From Monocercomonoides exilis PA203 (taxonomy: Eukaryota > Protista > Preaxostyla), in contig LSRY02000018.1 in NCBI GenBank assembly GCA_001643675.2, positions 1,488,001-1,552,000 of the forward strand: 64,000 nucleotides of DNA, given 5' to 3'. Position 1 is the stretch's first letter. Each line of letters starts with the position of its first letter. The notes below the pieces were generated by a model that did no database searches, was not told the origin of the DNA, and saw nothing but the letters and a program-made list of their open reading frames with translations. This document shows, in pieces, positions 38,513 through 49,072 of this stretch. The position numbers and the translations under genes were made by a program.

Positions 38513-41500
38513 ATGATAGGATCTATTGTTATTTTTTTGTTCTTCCACGAATGCAAATGCTCAGCCAATCCTCCACGCGAACATGATTTTGCGTATGCAG
38601 ATTATCACAAACATTTTTTGGATTCTGGATGTCCGTTCAACGAGTGCTATACCACAAATGCTGATGATAGGAGATTATTTTATGAACATTACAATGGAAG
38701 TAATTGGATTAGTCAACATACAGAAAAGAAGGATTGGCTGAAGGACAAGACGATATATGTCTCTGTTGATGGAAATGACTTGTATGAGCTGTGTGGGGCT
38801 AATACAACAATTCCATGCAAAACAGTGAGGAAAGCGCTTGAGATGTGTGAGGTGCAGATTAGCTTGACATTCACGCTGATGGAAGGGAATCATCAAAGCG
38901 AGACATCAACAATTGATATTGGGACAAAGAAGATCTCAGTCATTGGAACAGGCAAAGAAAAAAGTTCGATTGGAACAGGAGCACTTTCGACCTCTTCAAC
39001 AACGCTGTTTAGCATATCTTCTGGTAAACTGGAGGTGGAGCATGTGGGGATCGATCACAACTCTATCAGAAGTCCATTGCAAAATATGTTTGCGGTATCA
39101 CTGGGAAGCGGGACTCTTTCGCTGGAGGATGTGGCGATTAATTCTTCCACATCAGGAGGGAGTGGAATGACGAAGTGTGTGTTTGAAGTGGCACTGAAGC
39201 AATTAAAGATGATAGATGTTGAGATAAAAAATATGAAAATGGGTCAACCTCTGTTCGTAGAGCCATCAACAGAAGAATCTGTACAAGGAGAGAGTTTGTT
39301 GGGGAATGTGACAATTCGGAATGTGAATCGTACAACAGGTGATGGAGTGGTGATGGCAAAGAGTGTGAGGGGAGGGGAGACATTTGTGGTGTGGAACACA
39401 ACGATGGAAGGGTGTGAGCGTGCGAATGTGAATGGAGGAGGGATAAAGGTTGAGTTGGCTTCTTCAACAAGAAATTCTCGCATTGGAACATCAACATCAC
39501 ACAGTGGAGGAACTACGAAATTCAATAAAACGAAGTGTAGAGAATATGGAGGAGTGGTAATGCTGTATCTGGCAGATAATTCATTTGATTTTACAATAAC
39601 ATCAGTGAGTTTTGTTGGCTGTAGTGCAACATTGGGAGGGAAAGATGTGTTTGTGAATGGGAACAGGCTGGTGAGTGGGGCAATAACAACCTCAAAGCTG
39701 AATATCTCGCGAAATGTTTCTATATATGATGAGCTGATGGGATATGACCGGAATGAGGGAGGAATGGGAATATTCCCATTGAATGTGTTTCTTGACACAT
39801 TTTCAGGAGCAGCACATGTGGAGATAAAGAAAAATGGGTGTGGAGGATACGACTCGTGGTTTTGTGGGTTTGAGTATTTTCCATGCAAAACGATCACAAA
39901 GGCAGCAGAGAACAGATTCAGTTTGTCAAAGAAGAATATTGTGTTGGATTCAGGGTTTGAGCTGGGAGAAGTTGTTTCGATGGCAGGGTCATATGAATGG
40001 GAGGTGTATTGTGGGATTAACAAGACGAATGTGAATGTGAGAGTGCCGAGTGGAATGACATCATCGTGTTTGATAAATGTTCAGAGTGCGAGTTCAATCA
40101 AGAACATTGGGTTCCAAATTCCATTTCTGTTGTCAAGTGCAACATCGCTCATTGGTTTGACAAGCTCATCACTCACACTAACAGACTGTTCAGTTGCTCA
40201 TTCATCAGAGAGCACATCGAGTGTGTCCTTTAGATACAGTTTTGTGAATGCGCAGAGCGGGAGTCTGAAAATGGATCTGTTAGCGATGGAGGAAGGGCTG
40301 GCATTCAATGACCATTCGGCGATTGAATTTTGTGAAGGAATGACAAGTGTGATATGTTCAGGATGCAATATCAGTGGAGTTGTGAAGAATGAGGGAGATG
40401 GAGGATGGATGAAAGGAACAGTTGGAACGAGTGGAACATTGACAATTGATGGATGCAATGTGAATGGGTGCAGTTGTGGTGGTGGAAAGGGAGGAGGAAT
40501 ATATGTTGGATTGAAGGGAAATGGGAAAGTGGTTGTGAGTGGAACGAGTGTGATTGATGGGAATAAGGCAGAGAATAATGGAGGGAATGGAGGGAGAGGA
40601 GGAGGGATGTTTGTGATGATGGAGAGTGGAGGGTGTGGATTGACAATTGGGCAGAATGTGAAGTTTTCGAAAGTGAATGGGAATGTTGCAACATATGGGA
40701 AGGATGTGTTTGTTGATTGTGGGAGTGGAGTGTTTTTGGAGTCAAAAGTGAATACCAGTTCATTTGCATTTTTCCACTCCACTGACAATTCCATCAGATG
40801 TGTTGAAGTTGAGTGGGAGTGAAAATGGGGAAGAAAGTGGAGTGATTCCACTGTTTGTGTATTTGTGCTCAATGGGTACAAAGGTGATTGTTGATGGGAG
40901 TGGCAGAAATGGGATGGATCACAACCATTGTGGATTTGATGAATTCAGGTGTTTGACAGTTGATTATTGTGCGAACTCAAGAATGAGCAGCACTGACAAT
41001 GAAATAGAGGTTATCTCACCTTCGTCAATAACCAAGGAAATAACAGGACCATCATTTGGGGTGAGTATTTCAGGCAGAATAGAATCATCGGAAGAGGGAG
41101 AGAGAATTCTTGTGAATGTGAGTGATGGAGCATCAGCCACTCAAGATTATCTTGTTGGATGTTCGAGTTCACTGGCAATGAGCAGACTTTCATTTGTTGT
41201 GAAAGGTCAGTTGAAATCAAGGAAAAGTGCATTCATTCACTCAACATCAACAATCAACATGACGAACTGTTCAATCTCATTTGAGAGTGGGGCATTAACC
41301 AATGGAAAGATAGGATTCAATGTTATTAATATCAAGGTCAGAAGATTTTTTGAAAATGGAATTGCAATGGGAAGGAAGTGGTTTTGGCTGTGGCAGAGCT
41401 GTTTGAGTATTTGATTTCAGTCGGAGATGAAAGAGTGGAAATATTGGAGAGGCAGTTGTGTCCATATTCAATCTTTATTGAGGAAGAAACAAATGAAATA

Positions 41501-41863
41501 TTCGTATTGACAGAAGGGCTAACTGATGAAAAGGAGAAAGAGGAAATGAAGCGATGGAAGGCTCCAGAAATGGGAGATGAATGCGATGAAAATGAGGAAG
41601 TGGAAGATGATGGAATTGAAAAGGTAGTTGTTTTCACTCTTGGACCTAAGCTTTTAGAAACGACAATAGGAGAAGTGCCTTTGAGCGAGTCTAACACCGA
41701 GGAAGTGCAGGTGATGACGAGGGATGGAATGCGACAGCTGACAGAAGGAATCGAAGAAGAATTGATTCAGATGATAGAAAAGATGTGGGCTGATGAGCCA
41801 TTTGGCAGATCTGCATTTGCCGAAGTGATTTGGGTTCTGAATTTGTTAAATGAATATCTTTGA
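38513..41863 (+). pseudogene. Large secreted beta-helix/Gly-rich surface protein with a truncated kinase-like tail; frameshifted
   Basis: Signal peptide, repeated YVS..G.D...CG....PCKT modules and GG.GGG(I/M)YV repeats. There is a frameshift at about 40780 and an abrupt junction at about 41340 into an RWKAPE fragment. Confidence 0.7.
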
Positions 41864-42480
41864 TTATTGACAGCTATGCTTCATTGTTATTCTCTAACCG
41901 TATTTTTGCTAATTTTATAATAATTAAATATTATTAATCATTAAAACACTAATTCGGCAGAAAAATGAAAAAATTGAATTTAAGTTCAAAAAAAGAGAAA
42001 GAAATGACATCGTTATATTATCATAACAATTTTTTTATTGAAAACAAGACATTCAACTATTTATTTATCTTTGAAGCAAATGATATTAACACATTCAATA
42101 AAAGAGAGTATGAAATGCTACAACGATTAGAAAAACATTTAACATAAAAGGCAATCAAGCAGATAAACCCGTTTCAAATAATGATTTAAGTTATAAATAT
42201 ATTCTTCACATAATTCACGAATAATAATCAAATCAACGATTAAACAAAATTATCAAATTCATAAAAACATGTTTTCCATTAAAATGTTTTATGTTTCATA
42301 TTAATATTGCTTATTTACGTATAAAAGAAAATTACAATAACTGTCACTCAAAATTGTTTACTTAAAATCTCATCAAATAAGTAAATTTATTGTGGGTTAG
42401 ATCAAGGATATTTAATTAATTTTTCTTTTTATTCGTAAAGAACAACCAAATCAACAACACCTCTTGTTATGGGAGTAACA

Positions 42481-45400
42481 TTAATTGGGCTTCGGTACTC
42501 CATCACTTATAAAAGTAATCTCCTTTGATCTTACTGTTTCCCTCTCTCTTATTGTCACCGTTGTCTCTATTTTTCCAATCTTTTCCTCTCGCAGTTGATC
42601 AATTGCATTTGAATCCAGTTCATTTTGAGTACTTGATGTTGTGGCAATTGCATGAGAAGGGGATACTGGGAGCAGACAGCCCGCCTGACCAGTTGTGTTA
42701 AGTGTTATGCTGGGCATTTCACCAGGCTGTCTTGCCAAAGGCGGTTGTGGATTAAACTCCAAGGAACATCTCATTTCTGATGATATGGATTTTGGAGGCT
42801 GAGGGACTAGTGCCTGTTGGAACATTTGCATTGGGTTGAGGGGCAACTGAGGGGAGAAGGCTTCCGGGAAAGGTCTAGCAAATATTTGCTGCATTCCGGA
42901 TGATATATTTGACTTGAAATATGATCGTGAAGGTGTATGTGCTGCGGGCGACAACCTTGCGTGATGCGCGATAAGCACCTCTGGCACCCCCTTTAAGGAG
43001 TAAGCTGAAATAGAAGCAGCTTTTAATGTGTAAGGTCTGAATTCAGCAGGAATCCCAACCCGGTCCATCGCCCGCCTTGCCAGCTTTCTCACTCCATTAA
43101 CTGTAAGTGGGGTTTTCACCACAGTATTAAGAAGGAATGTGTCATTGTGAGGATATGTCTCTTTCACCCTCCTCCACAATTCCAAGACTGCTCTATAGGG
43201 GCAAATTTTTTCTTGATCCGGGCGCATGGCTGCGATAGTTATGAACGACCTTTGCAATTGTGTCTTCATCTTCGTGTTAAGGTAGATTGCCTCCTGCGTA
43301 ACAATTGAACGTTCAATGGAGATGGCTGCTAACTCAGCAAAGCGGCACGATGAAAATAACATGCATAAAACGATGCATTTTAATGTGAGTTCATAAAAGG
43401 TGAGCTGCTCATTCGTAGGTTGTCTTTCATAGAAATAAAAAAATTGATTTGGCGACCACATTAACCTATTCAATGTTCGAGGGATATGACTTCTGGCAAA
43501 CGATCTGAAAATAGAGTTCACAATTGCTGCTTCTCCCAAGTCTTTATCGAACACGAGCTTTGAAATGAGTGACATAGCTGAGCGTGTTTGACTTAACACA
43601 GAACAAGAAATTCCGTTGTCCCTTAAAGAAATAAAACTGAGGCAACAACCTTTTATCCAACTGCTCCACTCCTTCGGGCAATCAATCCCATCCGGAAAAC
43701 CTGTGAGCTTGCCTAATAATGCATAGCCATAAGTGCAAACTGTCCATGTCGTCTCGCACACGCTCCCTTTCACTTCCAAGGCAATTCTATTGTCAATGTT
43801 GTTTCTCTCTGCTGTTCTGAAGTTAAACTGTTCACCTCTCTGTCTTACCATAACTTTGCTGCCATGTACTGTCCCGGTGGAAGCGTTGCACCCGCTTGAG
43901 TCATTCCCATTCCAGGCTTCAAACAATAATTGCTGTGATTCCAGATTATGCAACGCGTCATTAACTTGTCCAAGAGCTGATTCCACACCTGCCCTCTCCA
44001 ATTCGGTAGGAGCAGAATTGCTCTCGCTTTCTCTGCTGCTATCTTCCGAAGCGTCGGAAGCAAAAGCGGAATTGGAGGATGGGCCCAAACTATCTCCTGA
44101 CTCCACTTCCATGCGAGACCGTCTTCGCATATGTGGCTTCCTGGTCCGCACCACCTTTTTAGTTTGTGGTTTCGTCTTGAGGCGAACACGTCGATGGTTG
44201 GTTGCACCCTCATTTTCTGCAGAACTTCTTCCATGGCTTCGTTGTTTATTTGGTAGTCTCCCGCTCGCTCCAGGCGAGACAGAGCGTCTGCTTCAATATT
44301 GTTCGCTCCCGGAATATGAACTGCTTTCACCACTAGCTGTTCCTTTGTCACAAGGCTGTGAATCTTCTTCAATAGACATCTCAGATTCCTTCCTGCTCCC
44401 CAACGATTGATGTTGAAAACTGCTGACGTGTTGTCCGATCTGATCAGCAGGCGCTTCATTCTTTGCTCCCTGAGCAGTGGACGGAAGTGCCGGAGTGATA
44501 GTAATATTGCTAGCAACTCCCGGTAATTGGATGATTGTGTTCTGGCTGCCGCCCTGAATGATGTGTGGAAGACTAACTTCTTTCGAGCAATTTGCAGGGT
44601 TGCTCCCGCTGCTGTCGGAGAAGCATCCGTTGTCAGAATTGCCTGCCATGGCTGGAAGGAATTGAGTTTGCGTGGTTTGTAGAGGAGAAGACGGGTTTGC
44701 CAGTGTTGTATTTGGCCTTAGACTTTGGTACTGAGACGGAATGATCCACCCCACCCCGCCTTCTTGACTGCCTTGGTCAGGGATTCGAAAAGCGTATTCA
44801 TGTGCCGGGATGCGTCCTGTGCAACAAACCTGATTGCACTGATTGATCCCACAAATCCCGCAAAATGCCTCATTCTCACTTGCACGTTTCTCATAGCGAT
44901 CCTTGTCCATCTCTTGCACATTGCACACAAGCTCATCCTCCTCTCCTGTTCTAAGCACACACTCATCTGGTTCGTATTCCATATCCATCCCAGATACGTG
45001 AATACTTGCTTGGGGGCTGTCTCGCTTTTCTCTTTGTTGATGATGAAACCCAGTGTTTCGAACGACTGAGAAATCTCTTGCGTAATTTTTGAGAGTTCTT
45101 CTGCATCTTGGTGAAGGAAAAGCACGTAGTCGAGGTACGAAACACAGCGAACGTTCCATCTTTGTCTCACTTTCTTTACAACCTCTCGCATCACCTTTGT
45201 GAAGATGCGTGGTGCATCTTTCATTCCGAATGGCATGCCTTCGAATGCGAAGTACTTGTCGCCGAGCTTGAATGCAAGGTAAGGGATGAACGATTCGTTC
45301 ACTGGAATCTGGAAATATGCTTGCGAAAGGTCTAATGATGTTGCAAAGTCTCCCTCTTGAAAAAGCTTCTCCACAGTGCGTTGGTCTTCCATCTTGAAGT

Positions 45401-45990
45401 GAGTGTTCTTCAACGCGGCATTCAGCGGGCGACAATCCAAGACTTGGCAGTATTTTCTGTTCTTCTTGGGGATGAAGAATAGGTTGCTGAGACATTTGAA
45501 TTCTGCTTTCTTCAGCTCCCTGAGAATTCTGGCTTGAATTCCTTCCTTTACCCAGCGCGCGCATTCTTCTCGCTCTATTTCTGTGCCGATGAATCCTTTT
45601 CCTGAAGCAACTTCTTTTTCTAGTTTTTTTCTTGCTTGCTTCCCTTTCCAATTCGGCTTGATTCCGTTGGAAATTATTCTCTTCACTGGCATATCTATCC
45701 ATGCCCGGAGGAAGAATCTCGTTCTTCCTCCGATGACACCCTCTGGTTTTACTACTGGGAGGACTTTCTCCCCACAGAGCGGCTTCTGAACCTGCTTGTG
45801 CTCTTGTTTCTTCTTCGATTCCATCCGCTTCCTCGCCATTTGTTGGGTTTTGCATAGTTCTCCCCCCGAAAAAACTGCCTTCTCTGCGAGATTCTCCCAC
45901 GCGAACGGCCTCCGATGCTGCTCCTGTATGTGGATATCGGCTGTGCTCGTTTAATAACTTCTTTTTGGTAATCTGTAAGCAAGGGATCAT
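42481..45990 (-). pseudogene. DIRS ORF3: tyrosine recombinase with a long N-terminal extension overlapping ORF2; one in-frame TGA at 44293-44295
   Basis: ORFs 44293-45990 and 42481-44154 share a frame and are separated by one TGA. YR motifs: SCRFAEL, TKMKT, ICPYRA, RPYTLKAASIS, HHARLS, SYF. Confidence 0.8.
43845..45839 (-). pseudogene. DIRS ORF2: reverse transcriptase + RNase H + N6-adenine-methyltransferase-like domain; in-frame TAA at 44718-44720 and YLDD changed to YLDY
   Basis: RT: LFFIPKK, LDCRPLN, HFKME, SLDLSQAYFQI, MPFG..APRIFTK, YLDY, YLG. RNase H: TTDAS, NYRELLA, RSDN, HIPG.NN.ADALSR. MT: IDVFAS..N, WAHPP, LPNW. ORFs 44718-45839 and 43845-44516 are in the same frame. Confidence 0.9.
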
Positions 45991-46630
45991 CCATTTCCTC
46001 TCTTAATGCCTTCGCTGCAGCGAAACCCTGCCGTCCTGCCACTCTCGTTATTCTGCTTTCCTGTAATGCTGCCGTTACCAGAGTGAGCGCATCTTCGATT
46101 TGTGTCTTTGCTTCTCCGTGTACTGCGCCTCTCACCAATAGAAGGGCCTTAATGGTAGGGCAGAGCTTCTTTTCAATTCGTTCCCCTGCTTGATCCAGGG
46201 CATCCGACGCCCTCTTTATCGTGAACTCGGGTTTGCGAATTGACGAAGGCATGAACGGAGCCAGGGGAATGGAATTATAGAATTCGATCGTTTCTGCTAC
46301 ATCCCTCTTGTCTATTGGGATGTCAAAAATTTTATAAGATAAGACGCTGCCAAAGAAATCTGCCGCCTCTCGTTCTAGGATAACTTGCATTCTATCCTCT
46401 GGGTCGCTGTCACTTTCTTCACCTTGGGATTGTGAAGACTGCGGAATCGTTGAAAAAGGTTCCGGTTGAGTTATTTGCGAATTGAAACTAGGAGGAAGAA
46501 GTAAATTTTCCTGTGACGCAGCAGAAGCACTGGAGGGGGATGTAAAGATTGCCCCACCACTCGTTGGCCCGGCGGCCTGAATTCCAGGCATCGCTCCCGA
46601 CGCGAGTCCAATTGTGCTTTGCGGGATCAT
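45752..46630 (-). CDS. DIRS ORF1, gag-like
   Basis: First ORF inside the ITR (ATG at 46630), with a helical core and an Arg/Gly-rich C-terminus. It overlaps ORF2 and ORF3. The call rests on position. Confidence 0.7.
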   Translation of the reverse strand: MIPQSTIGLASGAMPGIQAAGPTSGGAIFTSPSSASAASQENLLLPPSFNSQITQPEPFSTIPQSSQSQGEESDSDPEDRMQVILEREAADFFGSVLSYKIFDIPIDKRDVAETIEFYNSIPLAPFMPSSIRKPEFTIKRASDALDQAGERIEKKLCPTIKALLLVRGAVHGEAKTQIEDALTLVTAALQESRITRVAGRQGFAAAKALREEMDDPLLTDYQKEVIKRAQPISTYRSSIGGRSRGRISQRRQFFRGENYAKPNKWRGSGWNRRRNKSTSRFRSRSVGRKSSQ

Positions 46631-47055
46631 TAAATAAAAATATTTTTGATCGACTAGCCCCGTTATTACAAGGGTCCACTCCCATAACAAGAGGTGTTGT
46701 AGATTAACCGGTCGTTCTTTAGAATTAATAGGCTTGCGCCTTTTAATGATTTATATTTTTTTTGTGAAAATTGACAAATAAAATAAATTTGTCTTTAATA
46801 AAAACACTTTTGATGTGCAAAAATCACAACTTTTTTTTAAATTTTGAATATTTTTCAATGAAATTCATGTTTTTATGGGTCATTTTTCAACAATCATTTT
46901 TTTCAAAAAAAATTTTTTTTCGAAACATCGGTCCATAAAAAGTTTCTAAATAATTATGAACTATTTATTCATCATAATTTTAACATTCAAAAACTCAATT
47001 TGCAAAAGGAGCGCGTTAAGACCTATGCCCGCATACTCGAACACCAGAAGCACTA

Positions 47056-48000
47056 CACCATTTATTATTCATATTTGGTAAACTTATTATTCAAAATTGG
47101 TCAACTTATTATTCGATTTTGGTAAACTAATTATTCAAAGTTGTTAAACTTATTATTCAAAATTTGTAAACTTCTTATTCAAAATTAATAAAATTGAGTA
47201 TTTTTTTAAAAAAGTTTTTTTGTGAAAAATTGGTTTTTGGCTGAGTATCAGAAAATGTTGAAAATATTATATTCACTCAATATTCGAAATATTGATGAGA
47301 ATTTGAACCCAGATTTTTATTATTTGTGAATAAACATGAAATTTTCTGATTTTTCAGAAAAAAATCATCATCGTGGAAATAGGATAATTTTTGAATTATT
47401 TCACCTCACATCGATAAATAATGCATTATTCAACCAAGAAAAGTTGTTTGTATCAATGATACAAACTGAATACAAATATTTTTCAGAACTGAATAATTCC
47501 ACGAATGCACTTTCTGAATTCTTTATTTGGTTTTTATTGTTTATCTGAATAAACTTAAATTTATGTAACTTTTCTTGGTTGAATAATGCATTATTTATCG
47601 ATGTGAGGTGAAATAATTCAAAAATTATCCTATTTCCACGATGATGATTTTTTTCTGAAAAATCAGAAAATTTCATGTTTATTCACAAATAATAAAAATC
47701 TGGGTTCAAATTCTCATCAATATTTCGAATATTGAGTGAATATAATATTTTCAACATTTTCTGATACTCAGCCAAAAACCAATTTTTCACAAAAAAACTT
47801 TTTTAAAAAAATACTCAATTTTATTAATTTTGAATAAGAAGTTTACAAATTTTGAATAATAAGTTTAACAACTTTGAATAATTAGTTTACCAAAATCGAA
47901 TAATTAGTTTATTATTTTTGAATAATTAATTGACCAATTTTGAATAATAAGTTGAACAATTTCGAATAATAAGTTTACCAAATATGAAAAATAAATGGTG
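47056..48000. mobile_element. Foldback element: 338-bp apparently perfect inverted arms, modular subterminal repeats, TA flanks
   Basis: 47108-47445 is the reverse complement of 47567-47904, with a 121-bp spacer. The outer ends are TA|caccattta...taaatggtg|TA. Units of about 21 bp (aacttattattcaaaatttgta-like) are repeated near both ends. Confidence 0.85.
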
Positions 48001-48444
48001 TAAATGGTGTATTGAAACAAATTTATTTGGGGGAAAATTCGGACTTTCAAGCTTTTTTTGCACAAGGCATTGAAAAATTGCTTCATTCTTAACTTTGTTT
48101 CGCTTTCTTAGATTTCAAAACAAATTTGATTTTCAGATCCGTGAACAGGCATTGTTGAAATCAAAACAAAAAGTTTTCCAACATTTCACGAATGTCAAAA
48201 AATGGACCCATTTTTATTGCGATTTTTGATCTCAAAAAGTCAATGAAAAGTGCATAATTTTTTAATGAAAATGCCTGAAGTGAAATATTTTGCCCCATTT
48301 GAAAAATTAAAACAAAAAATTTTATTATAGATTCGTAAAACAATTCCAAAATGGTTCATTAAAACTTTCTTCTTTGAAAAATGCATATGTTTTTTAAAAA
48401 CTTAAATTTTCTTTTGTTTTTTTCATTACCATTTTTAAATATAT

Positions 48445-48700
48445 GGGTGATTATTTTTGAAATCATAACTTTTTTCGTGGTGTTGATTTTTCAAAGGTTG
48501 ATTGTCATTGAATAGAGATTTAGTATTTTATTGATAAATTTCATGAAAACCATTTCAAAAGCAAATGTTTGAACAGAACTAAAGATGAAAATATCTTTAA
48601 CAAGCATTTTCACTTTTCACTATTCTTTTGTTAAAATTCAAGTGGGATTTTCGAATCGAAGTTTTTGAATGAAAAAATCTGATGCCAAAAATAGTCACCC
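48445..48700. mobile_element. 256-bp MITE with GGGTGA-starting TIRs
   Basis: gggtgattatttttgaaatca pairs with tgatgccaaaaatagtcaccc, and both ends are flanked by ATAT. Confidence 0.65.
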
Positions 48701-49072
48701 ATATTCTGTTTTTCAAAGAACCTATTTCGGAATATACCCACAGATTTTCATTTTTTCAAATTTTTCTTAATTTTTGAGAGGTTGTTTTTCTCGCATAAAA
48801 TTTATTTTGTTTGAATTAAATTAAATACATTTTTAAACATGTTAGATGCAAAAAAACAAGAGTTTGCGTTGTCCTATTTAACGCGATTGTGCCTACAGTT
48901 CTCCTCGTTCAATGAAGAAACATATTGTCTATCATTGTTGCAATTTGATAATTATCATCAAAGTTTTTTCAAAAAAAATTCTACATAAGATCATTAATTA
49001 TTGTGATTGATATTTGTTTGATTACTCGTGGTATTAGAAAGGGAAATAGACTGCAATAGGCTTACGAATTCG

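Larger units (their letters stand above)
42431..46725 (-). mobile_element. DIRS-like tyrosine-recombinase retrotransposon, near full length, inactivated by point lesions
   Basis: gag, RT-RNaseH-MT and YR in overlapping frames. The inverted terminal repeats have a perfect 23-bp core (42454-42476 vs 46678-46700). The element is GC-richer than its flanks and intronless. Confidence 0.92.

Noticed and set aside
39138-40881. Long antisense ORFs opposite the surface-protein gene (also opposite the TmcB-like, synthetase and 61651-64000 genes)
   Set aside because: These are shadow ORFs caused by codon bias on the coding strand.
44718-44720. In-frame TAA as evidence of a TAR=Gln genetic code
   Set aside because: Conserved host genes (deoC, RPL35A, acetyl-CoA synthetase) terminate at TAA at the expected positions and contain no internal TAR codons.
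47060-47190. Short ~21-bp repeats that could suggest a CRISPR array
   Set aside because: They are tandem units without unique spacers, there are no cas genes, and the context is eukaryotic. They are subterminal repeats of the foldback element.
47336-47676. Two ORFs with identical N-termini (MKFSDFSEKNHH...) on opposite strands
   Set aside because: They are a by-product of the foldback palindrome, with no coding signature.
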